Positions 39,476 to 48,892 of a DNA stretch of 64,000 nucleotides are shown piece after piece. Source of the DNA: an uncultured Pseudomonadota bacterium (lineage in GTDB: Bacteria > Pseudomonadota > Alphaproteobacteria > RF32 > CAG-239); contig CASERH010000003.1 in the NCBI GenBank assembly GCA_949290295.1, positions 650 through 64,649 on the forward strand. The letters run 5' to 3'. Numbering within the stretch: the stretch's first letter is position 1; each line of letters opens with the position of its first letter. A model generated the notes under the pieces. It was not told the origin of the DNA. It was given only the letters and a program-made list of their open reading frames with translations, and searched no databases. A program made the position numbers and the translations under genes.

Positions 39476-40034
39476 GTTTGGTCTCCTTGTTATTTTTGGA
39501 CCCCAGTTTGCGCGGCTGCCAAGCCGAAACCATAACCGGTCCGTTTTGTGAAATCAGAATCTTGCGGCTGCCGGAGGCGCCCGCTTTTGAAAATGATCGA
39601 GGATTGAGGCTCGATTTGAATTTTTGTGCCATGTCTTCCAGAGCTACAATATTTTTCTTTCCGGTTTGATAGTTATCAAGGTAAGAATCAGAACTCTTTA
39701 TGAAATCAGCCAGTTCTCGGCAACTCATCGGGGAGTATTTTTGCCAGATGAGTTCTAAAAAAGAATTTATTTTTTCTGCAAATGTTGGGGCTTCCATCAA
39801 AGGCATGCCGTAATTTAGTATTTTGGCCAAATTGGGCTCAAAAAATCCCCTTTCATCACATACAAACAGTGACGGAATAAGATATTCCATGTTGTTGTTG
39901 AGGGCAAAATGAACCTGTGCCAAGAATAAAAGTTGGTGTAATTTATCGTTTTCCAAATAGTGATCGTCTTTGTCGGCACGGCGGAAAAACCAGTTGGCGG
40001 CTTCTAATGATGAACTGATGGCAGGCAGGGACAT
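39468..40034 (-). CDS. Hypothetical protein, Panacea/DUF4065 (SocA-like)-like
   Basis: 188 aa; ANWFF...NDKLHQLLFLAQVHF...FVCDERGFFEPNL pattern resembles the DUF4065 consensus as recalled; stop overlaps the DUF192 start by 8 nt. Confidence 0.5.
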   Translation of the reverse strand: MSLPAISSSLEAANWFFRRADKDDHYLENDKLHQLLFLAQVHFALNNNMEYLIPSLFVCDERGFFEPNLAKILNYGMPLMEAPTFAEKINSFLELIWQKYSPMSCRELADFIKSSDSYLDNYQTGKKNIVALEDMAQKFKSSLNPRSFSKAGASGSRKILISQNGPVMVSAWQPRKLGSKNNKETKHA

Positions 40035-40230
40035 TTAAAAGCTCCTCGAGTTTGTCGTTATTGAAACTTAATCTGCATTATAATATAACCATTTTGAATT
40101 ACAAATAAATATTCAAAAATAGTCACGGATAAATTAATCTGCTGAAAAATTTGTTTTTGCTCTTGTGTTATGAAGAGGAATAAGATATTTTGTTAGCAGT
40201 TTGCAAAGTTTTTTAATCAAGGACAGGTCA

Positions 40231-40974
40231 ATGTTAGAGTTAAGAAGATTGGTTTTGGGTGCAGGCCTACTTATGTTAACTGCTTGTGCCAGCGCCGTTT
40301 TTCCGGATTTTGATGATAATGAAGAAGATGTGGTGGTCTCTGAGGGCGGCCGTGTGGTACGCCAGATGCCCGAAGAGGGATCCTCTTTGAGGGCTGATAC
40401 ACAAAATGCTGCTTATGAAGGAGAGGAAGATGCCGAAGAAGCGGAAATGAGTGATGAACCTCAGGAAGACGATGTTGAAGAGATTGTTGAGGAAGAAACG
40501 GTGACTGCGGCAGAGACCGTGCCGATGAAAGAAGAGAATCTGGAAGAGCCTCAGGAAGAAGATGTGGAGGCCGCCGAGGTGGTCGAGGAACTGACATCTG
40601 AGCCCGCCGGACCAAGTGTCAGCTACCGTGTGGATACTTTCTACTTTGACAATGGTAGTGCTTATCTGAGCCCTAAGTATAATCCGAATTTGCGTAAAAT
40701 TGCCAAGATGGTCAAGGAAAACAATGCCAATGTGGTTGTTTACGGGCATTCGTCCAGTCGCACCCGCGATACAGACCCCGTCAGCCACAAGTTGGCTAAC
40801 TTTAAGGCCTCTTTGGAAAGAGCCCAAAATGTGGCTGCGGCTTTGAGAAGGGCCGGTGTTCCTTCTGGTAAGATTTCTATTCAGGCTATGTCTGATTCTG
40901 CTCCGGCTTACCAAGAGGTTATGCCTGAAGGCGAACGTTTGAACCGCCGTGCGGAAGTTTATATTTCTTACTAA
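40231..40974 (+). CDS. OmpA-family lipoprotein with acidic linker (Pal-like C-terminal domain)
   Basis: Lipobox LTAC after MLELRRLVLGAGLLM; C-terminal OmpA-like FDNGSAYL...NRRAEVYI; start set to the ATG after an AGGA RBS. Confidence 0.85.
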   Translation: MLELRRLVLGAGLLMLTACASAVFPDFDDNEEDVVVSEGGRVVRQMPEEGSSLRADTQNAAYEGEEDAEEAEMSDEPQEDDVEEIVEEETVTAAETVPMKEENLEEPQEEDVEAAEVVEELTSEPAGPSVSYRVDTFYFDNGSAYLSPKYNPNLRKIAKMVKENNANVVVYGHSSSRTRDTDPVSHKLANFKASLERAQNVAAALRRAGVPSGKISIQAMSDSAPAYQEVMPEGERLNRRAEVYISY

Positions 40975-41064
40975 CGCCCGGTTTTGTGATATCTTGTGAA
41001 GTGAGATGCAACTTGGCTTTAGTGGCAAGCCTGTGGTTGGTCTCACTTTTTGTTAGAGGAAAAA

Positions 41065-42837
41065 ATGTCGAACCAAAATACTGAGGATAAGTCGCTGGGA
41101 GGAAATTTGTGGCAGATTTCTTCTGTTGATGAATGTGCGGCAGAGTTGATGGTTCAAAAGTGTAATCTTCCTTATATTATTGCCAGAGTTTTGGCTTTGC
41201 GTGGTATTAGTGCAGATGAGGTGTCTGCTTATTTGGAGCCTAAAATACAAAATCTGATGCCGAATCCTTCCGTGCTTAGAGATGTTGACAAAGCGGCAAA
41301 GAGAATTGCCGATGCAATTGTTGGTGAGCAAAAAATTGCCATTATCGGAGATTATGATGTGGATGGGGCAACATCTTCAGCCGTGTTGCGCTTGTTTTTG
41401 GAGGCGGTGGGGGTTGTTCCGGATGTTCATATTCCTGAAAGAGAGGAGGGTTATGGTCCGAGTGTTGCCGCAATAGACGACTTTAAGGCAAAGGGGGCGG
41501 AGCTTTTGATTACCACCGATTGCGGAACAACGGCTTTTGAGCCGCTTGAATATGCAACGGCTCAGGGAATGGATGTGATTGTGATTGATCACCATGAGGC
41601 AGAAGTGCAATTGCCAAGGGTTTATGCCGTTGTGAATCCGAAGCGTTTGGATGAGGAAAACGATTATCCTTATCTCAAATATATGGCTGCTGTCGGTGTG
41701 GTTTTTATGGTTGTGGTGGCCATTAACAGAGAATTGCGCGAACGTAAATTTTATACGCCAGAATTGCCAGAGCCAAATCTTATGCAATGGTTGGATTTGG
41801 TGGCTTTGGGGACTGTGTGTGACGTGGTGCCGCTCAAAGGTCTCAACCGTGCCTATGTGCGTCAGGGATTGAAAATCATGGCCAACAGCCAAAATACGGG
41901 CTTGAAGGTTTTGCTTGAAAAGGCTGGTTTGAGCGGTGCACCAACGGCTTTTCATCTCGGTTTTGTGTTGGGCCCCAGGATTAATGCCGGCGGCAGAGTC
42001 GGCGCCTCTGATATTAGCCATCGGCTTCTTTGTTGTTCTAAGGAATATGAGGCTCAGCTTTTGGCAGATAAGCTCAACGAGTATAATGTTCAGCGCAAAG
42101 ATATTGAAAATTACGTACTTTTGCAGGCAATAGAGATACTCGAGGGGAGCCCTCAAGAATATCCGATTGCTTTTGTCGCCGGAGCCGATTGGCACCAAGG
42201 GGTGGTCGGAATCGTGGCCGGAAAACTCAAAGAACGCTACAACCTTCCGGCTTTTGTGATGTCTATTGAGGCAGACGAGGTCAAGGGTTCGGCGCGTTCT
42301 ATTCCGCAGGTGGATTTGGGGGCTTTGGTGATGGCAGCCAAAGAGAAAGGTCTTTTGACCAAAGGCGGCGGGCATACCATGGCGGCCGGCTTCTCTTTGG
42401 AAGAAAGCAAAATCGAGGATTTTAGAAAATTTGTGGGAGAATATGTGGTTTCTAGGATTGGCAACGAGGCTATTACTCCCGTTTTGGAAATAGATGCCGT
42501 GTTGGATGCCGCCGGAGCTACAAAGGAATTGGCTAAAGCGTTAGAGGAACTTGAGCCTTATGGCGCCGGTAATCCGGAGCCGAAGCTAATGTTGAAAAAT
42601 GTGCATATTATTAAGCCTTGTCTGGTTGGAATTGGACATGTGCGTTGTATATTGTCTTCTGATACGGGGGCTAGTCTCAAGGGAATGGCTTTTCGGGTCG
42701 GAGATAATGATATCGGCCAGGCTATGCTTAATGCTAAGGGCGAGAGGTTTGACGTGGTTGGTGTTTTGCGCAGAGATTGTTGGCAGGGCCGGGACGATGT
42801 CCAGTTTATTATAGAAGATGTCAAAAAATGTGCTTAA
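41065..42837 (+). CDS. recJ: Single-stranded-DNA-specific exonuclease RecJ
   Basis: DHH motifs GDYDVDG, TDCG, VIDHHE; DHHA1 GGGHTMAAG. Confidence 0.95.
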   Translation: MSNQNTEDKSLGGNLWQISSVDECAAELMVQKCNLPYIIARVLALRGISADEVSAYLEPKIQNLMPNPSVLRDVDKAAKRIADAIVGEQKIAIIGDYDVDGATSSAVLRLFLEAVGVVPDVHIPEREEGYGPSVAAIDDFKAKGAELLITTDCGTTAFEPLEYATAQGMDVIVIDHHEAEVQLPRVYAVVNPKRLDEENDYPYLKYMAAVGVVFMVVVAINRELRERKFYTPELPEPNLMQWLDLVALGTVCDVVPLKGLNRAYVRQGLKIMANSQNTGLKVLLEKAGLSGAPTAFHLGFVLGPRINAGGRVGASDISHRLLCCSKEYEAQLLADKLNEYNVQRKDIENYVLLQAIEILEGSPQEYPIAFVAGADWHQGVVGIVAGKLKERYNLPAFVMSIEADEVKGSARSIPQVDLGALVMAAKEKGLLTKGGGHTMAAGFSLEESKIEDFRKFVGEYVVSRIGNEAITPVLEIDAVLDAAGATKELAKALEELEPYGAGNPEPKLMLKNVHIIKPCLVGIGHVRCILSSDTGASLKGMAFRVGDNDIGQAMLNAKGERFDVVGVLRRDCWQGRDDVQFIIEDVKKCA

Positions 42838-42850
42838 AAAAGGAGCTTAT

Positions 42851-43552
42851 ATGATGGGCAAACATGCTGAGGTAAAAAAAAGAGCTTTGAAAATTCATAA
42901 AATTCGGTTGGAGAGAGAAAGAGCCGTGTTTATGAAACTTGGCGGAAAGTTGAGGGCCTATCTTTTTACAGGAATCTTGGTTACGGCTCCGGTGGCCATT
43001 ACGTTGTATTTGGCTGTAAAGTTTGTGTTGTGGATGGATGCCTTGGTTAACCAGATGCTGCCGCCGCAATACAAGTTTGATAATATGCCATATACTATTC
43101 CGGGGTTGGGACTGGTGGTGGCAGTTGTGGTGCTGACACTGATTGGGATGTTCGCTGCTGGATTTTTGGGACGTTTCTTTCTCAAATTAGGAGAGTGGAT
43201 TGTTTACAAAGTTCCACTTGTGTCTAGCGTATATTCTGTTCTAAAACAAGTGTTTGAAACGTTTTTTTCAAGTAAAACTCAAGCTTTTAGAAAAGTCGTT
43301 ATGTTAGAGTATCCGCGCAAGGGAATCTGGATTTTGGGTTTTGTCAGCTCTGATTTGCAGGGTGAGTTGAAAGAGAAATGTCCAACCAAAATGCTTAGTG
43401 TGTTTATTCCTACAACGCCGAACCCAACGTCGGGTTTTCTTATCTTTGTTCCTGAAGAAGACTGTATCGAGCTTGATATGAGTGTAGAACAAGGTCTGAA
43501 ATTTGTTATATCTGGGGGATTGGTTGAACCAAAAGAAAAAAATCGCGTCTGA
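42851..43552 (+). CDS. DUF502 membrane protein
   Basis: 2 TM plus conserved PGLGLV...SSVYSVLKQV region; start set to the ATG after an AAGGAG RBS. Confidence 0.8.
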   Translation: MMGKHAEVKKRALKIHKIRLERERAVFMKLGGKLRAYLFTGILVTAPVAITLYLAVKFVLWMDALVNQMLPPQYKFDNMPYTIPGLGLVVAVVVLTLIGMFAAGFLGRFFLKLGEWIVYKVPLVSSVYSVLKQVFETFFSSKTQAFRKVVMLEYPRKGIWILGFVSSDLQGELKEKCPTKMLSVFIPTTPNPTSGFLIFVPEEDCIELDMSVEQGLKFVISGGLVEPKEKNRV

Positions 43553-43705
43553 CACTTAACTAATATAGGTTTGCTAATCGTTTGTTTTTGTTTTGAATTG
43601 TGTCATCTTGGGAAAAAATGCCAAAATATTTTCCTTGGGGGCTAAAAAATACTTGATTTATTTTTATTTGTGATTTATTTCTAAGCACAGCTTTATTGGC
43701 AATAT

Positions 43706-43792
43706 GCGGCCATGGCGAAATTGGTAGACGCGCAACCTTGAGGTGGTTGTGGGAGTTCTCCCGTGAAGGTTCAAGTCCTTTTGGCCGCACCA
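43706..43792 (+). tRNA. tRNA-Leu (GAG)
   Basis: 87-nt class II cloverleaf with long variable arm, anticodon loop TTGAGGT, encoded CCA. Confidence 0.93.
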
Positions 43793-43877
43793 TTCCTCTG
43801 CTTTAATAAAGCTTTTTTTTGTTTTTATAGGGTGTTCTTGTCCGCTAGGACAGTGTAAAGACAAGGGAGGAGAGGTT

Positions 43878-45302
43878 ATGAGCAAACGTTTTAAACGTGA
43901 TTTACTTCCCAAGTCTAAAATCATCAAGAAGAAAAAGAAAAATCTCGAAAAGCATCAAACTCTCGGTTTGGGGCCGAAATTTATCGAATCTGTCAGCTCT
44001 GCCCTGCGTGATGGTGACACTATTCATGTGCGCAAATTGGTAGAGGGGCTTTCTGAATATGGATTGGCTAACTTAATTGAGGCTTTGAACCACTCTGAGC
44101 GGACAAAGCTTGTTAAAATTTTGGGGGATAAAATCAACCCTGATGTTTTTCCTGAGTTAAATGATGTTGTTCAGGAACAGGTACTCGAAAGCCTCCAGGA
44201 AAAGCAAATTGTTAAAATCGCTAATGAACTCGATTCAGATGAAGTTGTCGAGATTTTGGAGCATATGGATGAGGATGAGCAGAAAAGCATCATCAAAAAA
44301 TTGGATCCGGAACTCCAATATCAGGTTCAATCTTCTCTTTCTTATCCTGAAGATTCGGCCGGGCGTATCATGTCAAGAGAGTTTGTGAGTATGCCTGATT
44401 GGTGGACTGTCAAGGAAGCAAAAGCTTTTTTGCTTAAAAATGAGGAATTGCCAGAGGACTTTTATGAAATCTTCTTAACCGATGAGAAATTTCATCCAAC
44501 CGGGCAAATCGCTTTGGATAAACTCTTGCGCGCCAAACCCAGCGAGAAGCTTTTTGATATTATGGATGGCGAGATTGTGCCGATAGATGTTTTGACCGAC
44601 CAAGAGGAAGTGGCTCATATGTTCCGCGAATATGGCTGGCGCTCCGCTATGGTGGTGGACAATAAAGAGCACCTCATCGGCGTGATTACCATTAATGATG
44701 TGGTCGATGTTATTCATGAAGAGGTTTCCGAAGATATCATGCATTTGTCGGGAACAGAAGAAGGTGATGTTTACAAGTCTGTCTTTTCTATCTTTCGTTC
44801 CAGAGTGGCTTGGTTGATTACGAATCTTTTTGCTACAATTATTGCGGCTTCAGTTGTCAAGGGGTTTCAAGATATAATTGCTCAGGTCTCGATTTTGGCT
44901 GTGTTGATGCCGATTGTGGCCTCTATGGGCGGTACTACCGGCAACCAAACACTCGCAGTGGTGGTGAGAGCCCTGGCAACCAAGGAGCTTACCTCTGCCA
45001 ATACACTGCGTATGATTTTGAAAGAATTTTTGGTTGGTCTCAACAATGGTATTTTGTTTGCCGTATTAATTGCTCTTATTACCCATTTTTGGTTTCCGGA
45101 GTATAAGGTTATCAGTTTGATTATCGGGATTGCCATGCTGATAAACCTTACCATTGCCAGCTTGGCGGGAATACTTATTCCTCTGGCATTGAACCGTTTG
45201 AAGGTGGATCCGGCGGTTTCTTCAGGTGTGTTTTTGATTGCCATTACCGATTCCGGTGGATTTTTTACTTTCTTGGGGTTGGCAAAGCTCTTTTTGTTGT
45301 AA
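43878..45302 (+). CDS. mgtE: Magnesium transporter MgtE
   Basis: 474 aa; MgtE N-domain, CBS pair, 5-TM domain with MPIVASMGGTTGNQ. Confidence 0.93.
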   Translation: MSKRFKRDLLPKSKIIKKKKKNLEKHQTLGLGPKFIESVSSALRDGDTIHVRKLVEGLSEYGLANLIEALNHSERTKLVKILGDKINPDVFPELNDVVQEQVLESLQEKQIVKIANELDSDEVVEILEHMDEDEQKSIIKKLDPELQYQVQSSLSYPEDSAGRIMSREFVSMPDWWTVKEAKAFLLKNEELPEDFYEIFLTDEKFHPTGQIALDKLLRAKPSEKLFDIMDGEIVPIDVLTDQEEVAHMFREYGWRSAMVVDNKEHLIGVITINDVVDVIHEEVSEDIMHLSGTEEGDVYKSVFSIFRSRVAWLITNLFATIIAASVVKGFQDIIAQVSILAVLMPIVASMGGTTGNQTLAVVVRALATKELTSANTLRMILKEFLVGLNNGILFAVLIALITHFWFPEYKVISLIIGIAMLINLTIASLAGILIPLALNRLKVDPAVSSGVFLIAITDSGGFFTFLGLAKLFLL

Positions 45303-45386
45303 CTTTGTTTATATCTCAAAGTTAGGACTTTTGATTTGTGCATTATCGGTTATAATCAGGCCCAGTGTTAAAAAAATTTTTGGGAG

Positions 45387-45869
45387 TTGTTTGTGCTTTT
45401 GGGATTAAGTATTGCTCTTGCGGCGGTCTTGTTGGACCAACTCAGCAAATATTACATATTAAATGAAATTTTGGGGCAAGGCGCCGTTATTGTTATCTCT
45501 CCGGTGTTTAACTTGGTGAGGGCATGGAATACCGGCGTGAGTTTCTCCATGTTTAATAATTACGGCAGTTTGGGGGCCATTTTGCTCTCCGGCGTGGCTC
45601 TTGTGATTGTGGGATTCTTGTTTTATTGGCTCAAAAATGAGACCAGCCGGTTGGCTCAGGTTGCTCTGGGCATGATTATCGGCGGAGCTGTCGGTAATGT
45701 GATTGATCGGGTTCGTCTGGGCGCGGTGTTTGATTTTTTGGATTTTCATATCGGGGAGAACCATTGGCCGGCTTTTAATCTTGCCGATAGTTTTATTTGT
45801 ATTGGTGCGGCAATCTTGATTCTGCAAAGTGTCTGCCATTATCTGAAAAAAGAAGAAGGGAAAAATTAA
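45387..45869 (+). CDS. lspA: Lipoprotein signal peptidase II
   Basis: 160 aa, 4 TM; NTGVSFS and GGAVGNVIDR...DF motifs. Confidence 0.9.
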   Translation: MFVLLGLSIALAAVLLDQLSKYYILNEILGQGAVIVISPVFNLVRAWNTGVSFSMFNNYGSLGAILLSGVALVIVGFLFYWLKNETSRLAQVALGMIIGGAVGNVIDRVRLGAVFDFLDFHIGENHWPAFNLADSFICIGAAILILQSVCHYLKKEEGKN

Positions 45870-46115
45870 ATGAGAAAATTTATTATCGGACTTGTAGCTA
45901 TGACTGCAGCTTTGAGTGCCTGCAGCAACTTAACTAAAGAAAAACTCGGTTTGAGCAACAAAGCCCCCAATGAGTTTATGGTTACAACCAGACCGCCTTT
46001 GTCTTTGCCGCCGGAGTATGATTTGCGTCCGGTGGTGGAACCTGTTGAGGCAGAGCAGGAAAATCTGTCTCAAGCTGATGAGGCCTTTGTTTCTGAAATA
46101 GAGGAATCTAAATAA
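45870..46115 (+). CDS. DUF3035 lipoprotein (BamF-like)
   Basis: Lipobox LSAC; PNEFMVTTRPPLSLPPEYDLRP segment recalled for DUF3035. Confidence 0.7.
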   Translation: MRKFIIGLVAMTAALSACSNLTKEKLGLSNKAPNEFMVTTRPPLSLPPEYDLRPVVEPVEAEQENLSQADEAFVSEIEESK

Positions 46116-46121
46116 GCTTTT

Positions 46122-47459
46122 ATGGGCAGAAATTTTATCTACATGTTGTTGTTTTTGGGCTTGTTACCGGTTTCGGCATCAAGAGCCGAGCTTTTTGGAG
46201 CAAAAGAGTTCTACCTTGATAATGGCTTGAGGGTGATTGTGGCGGAAAACCACAGAGCGCCGATTGTTAAGCATATGGTATGGTATAAGGCCGGTGCCGC
46301 TGACGAGGTGCCAGGCAAGGGTGGCTCAGCTCATTTGCTGGAGCATTTAATGTTTCGCGGAACATCTAGGGTTCCAACAAATGAGCTTAATCGTTTGTTG
46401 GAGGCAAACGGGGCAGAAAGCAATGCCTTTACCGGGCAAGATATGACGGCGTATCATCAGCTTTTGGATATCAGCCGTTTGGAGTTGGCAATGTTTTTGG
46501 AAGCAGACAGAATGCAAAACTTAAACATTAGGCCAGATGATTTTGAAACGGAAAGAAGCATCGTTTTTCAGGAACGTAAAGAACGGGTGGATAATAATCC
46601 TTTAGGAAGTTTCAGAGAGGCAATAAACAGAGCTTTGTGGCAGGAACATCCTTATGCCAGGCCGGTTACCGGGGTTGATGCCGAGATAAAAAATCTCAAG
46701 AAAGAAGATTTAATCGAGTTTTATCAACGTTATTATGCTCCCAACAATGCGGTCTTGGTGCTGGCCGGAGACATTGACGTGCCAACAGCTAGACAATTGG
46801 CTGAAAAATATTATGGCGATATTCCCACGGCAAAGGTTATTGAAACAGAAATGCCAAAATTGCAGCCTGAATTTAGAGCTACAATTACAATGAGCAAGCC
46901 GGATATTAGGGGCGGCCGTGTTTTGGTGATGTTTGCGGCTCCTTCCTACCAAGTTGAGTCTGAATGTGTTTATGGTTTACAAGTTTTGGCTGCATATATG
47001 GGTGGCGGAGAAACCTCTAAACTGTATAAAAAGTTGGTGCTTGAAGATAAAAAAGCTTTAAGTGTCAGTGTCGATTATAACCCAATATCAAGAAGCTATG
47101 GGCAGTTTGTGATTGCCATGATTCCGGCAGACGGGGTGAGACCGCAAGAATTGGTGAAATCCTTTGAAAGTGCTTGGAATGAGGCAATGAGCGAATTTGA
47201 TATTGATGAGCTTGAGAAAATTCGCAAAAAAATGTTGGCGGGTCTTGTTTATCTGAAGGATAATCCCGAAGATGCCGCTTATATTATCGGGTCTATGGCG
47301 GTGGCCGGAGTGTCTTTGGATGAAATTGAATCTCAAGAGGAAAAACTTAAGGCCGTGCGTCTTTCGGAAGTGCGTGAGGCGGCAGAAAAGCTTATAAACT
47401 CTGCTCCTGAAGTTGTTGGTATTTTGCAGCCGCTTGAAAAGAATGGAGAAAAGCGATGA
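46122..47459 (+). CDS. M16 family zinc peptidase (active subunit)
   Basis: Inverted zinc motif HLLEH; signal peptide. Confidence 0.88.
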   Translation: MGRNFIYMLLFLGLLPVSASRAELFGAKEFYLDNGLRVIVAENHRAPIVKHMVWYKAGAADEVPGKGGSAHLLEHLMFRGTSRVPTNELNRLLEANGAESNAFTGQDMTAYHQLLDISRLELAMFLEADRMQNLNIRPDDFETERSIVFQERKERVDNNPLGSFREAINRALWQEHPYARPVTGVDAEIKNLKKEDLIEFYQRYYAPNNAVLVLAGDIDVPTARQLAEKYYGDIPTAKVIETEMPKLQPEFRATITMSKPDIRGGRVLVMFAAPSYQVESECVYGLQVLAAYMGGGETSKLYKKLVLEDKKALSVSVDYNPISRSYGQFVIAMIPADGVRPQELVKSFESAWNEAMSEFDIDELEKIRKKMLAGLVYLKDNPEDAAYIIGSMAVAGVSLDEIESQEEKLKAVRLSEVREAAEKLINSAPEVVGILQPLEKNGEKR

Positions 47460-48868
47460 GAGCGCCGAGATATCGTAAGAATCCAGCTCGCAAGTGGTGC
47501 GTCGGCTTGGTGCTTTCGGCGGCTGTGGTTTGGAGTGTGTGGAACTGGGGGGCGCGAGTATTTGCCCTGTTTAGCTCTGATCCGCAAGCAATTGTTGAAA
47601 ATTCGGTTTTGAAAGCTAAGAATTTTTCAACGCCGGTGGTGGAAATCATTTCACCTAAGGCTAAGCTAAAGGCTTATCTGCTTGAAGATGATACAAACCC
47701 GATTATCAGTTTGAATTTCAGCTTTAAAAATGCCGGTTATGCCAGTGATGATGAAGATGAGCAGGGAATTGCCCAAATGACAGCAGCTCTTTTGACTGAG
47801 GGAGCCGGTGATCTGGATGGACAAGCCTTGAAAGAGGCGTTGGAGGGTTTGGCCATTAAAATAAGTTTTGCCGCCGGTAAAGATGATTTTTCCGGTTCTA
47901 TGCTTACTACCAAGGCCAATGCCAAAGAAGCTATGAAGTATCTGAATTTGATGCTCACTTCTCCCAGATTTGATGAGGTAGACATCAACAGAGTTAAAGC
48001 TCAAATGAAAGAGGCTCTCAAGCGCCAAGATGAATATCCGGCTAAAAAGTTGGAACTTGAGTTTATTAAGGAACTTTATGGTGAGCATCCTTATGGTAGG
48101 AATCCTCTTGGCAAAATTCAGGATATTGACAAAATATCTGCGGTGGATTTGCGGCGATTTGTTAAAGATAATTTTAGCCAAAACAACTTGATTATCGGTG
48201 TTGCTGGAGATCTTAACGCTGAGGAGGCCGCTGAATTTATTGATGGTGTTTTTGCTAACCTGCCGTCTAACGGGCAAATTAATTTTGTGAAAGAGGCTGA
48301 GATTGATTTTGACGGGCGTGTGCGCCAAATTGCAAGAGACAGTGGGCAAAATATGGTTTTGAAAGCTTTGCCGGGGGTTTCTCGCAATCATGAAGACTTT
48401 TATCCGTTGTTTGTTGCCAATTATATTTGGGGAGGAGCAGGGTTAACATCAAAACTTTCTCAACAACTGCGTGAGAAAGAGGGGCTAACCTATGGAGTAT
48501 ACTCTTATTTGTCCATAGATGATAAATCGCCTTTGCTGGTGGTGGCGTTTTCTTCCACGGCAGATAAATTTAATAAAGCTGATGCGTTGCTCAAGGAACA
48601 AACAAGGATTTTTAGGCAGCAAGGTGTCTCAAAAGTTGAGCTTAAAAATGCAAAAAACTATCTAATTGCCTCTTATAACTTGAGATTTGCATCAATCGAA
48701 AATATTGCCGAGATATTGACAGCTATGCAAAAATATAATTTAGGGCTGGATTTTTTGCAAAAAAGAAACGATTATATTGCTAATATCAGCTTAAAAAAGG
48801 TAAATGAGGCTGCTCAAAAATATTTTGATGACAGCAAGATGATTAGTGTTGAGATAGGCAAATTCTGA
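47456..48868 (+). CDS. M16 family peptidase-like protein (no HxxEH, probably the non-catalytic partner)
   Basis: 470 aa M16-like; 4-nt overlap with the upstream M16 gene; no HxxEH motif seen. Confidence 0.82.
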   Translation: MRAPRYRKNPARKWCVGLVLSAAVVWSVWNWGARVFALFSSDPQAIVENSVLKAKNFSTPVVEIISPKAKLKAYLLEDDTNPIISLNFSFKNAGYASDDEDEQGIAQMTAALLTEGAGDLDGQALKEALEGLAIKISFAAGKDDFSGSMLTTKANAKEAMKYLNLMLTSPRFDEVDINRVKAQMKEALKRQDEYPAKKLELEFIKELYGEHPYGRNPLGKIQDIDKISAVDLRRFVKDNFSQNNLIIGVAGDLNAEEAAEFIDGVFANLPSNGQINFVKEAEIDFDGRVRQIARDSGQNMVLKALPGVSRNHEDFYPLFVANYIWGGAGLTSKLSQQLREKEGLTYGVYSYLSIDDKSPLLVVAFSSTADKFNKADALLKEQTRIFRQQGVSKVELKNAKNYLIASYNLRFASIENIAEILTAMQKYNLGLDFLQKRNDYIANISLKKVNEAAQKYFDDSKMISVEIGKF

Positions 48869-48892
48869 CCAATTAACAAGGAGATAACAAAA

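Noticed and set aside
40276-41046. 256-aa and 114-aa minus-strand ORFs opposite the OmpA-family gene
   Set aside because: They are antisense to the acidic-linker region (GAA/GAG repeats), and the plus-strand gene has a lipobox and an OmpA C-terminal domain.
41377-42375. 332-aa minus-strand ORF inside recJ
   Set aside because: It is antisense to a gene with complete DHH/DHHA1 motifs.
43793-43877. Possible M-box Mg2+ riboswitch upstream of mgtE
   Set aside because: Only about 85 nt separate tRNA-Leu from the mgtE start, which is too short for an M-box, and none of its conserved helices are evident.
47666-48391. 241-aa minus-strand ORF inside the second M16 peptidase gene
   Set aside because: It is an antisense frame with no recognisable motifs and no RBS.
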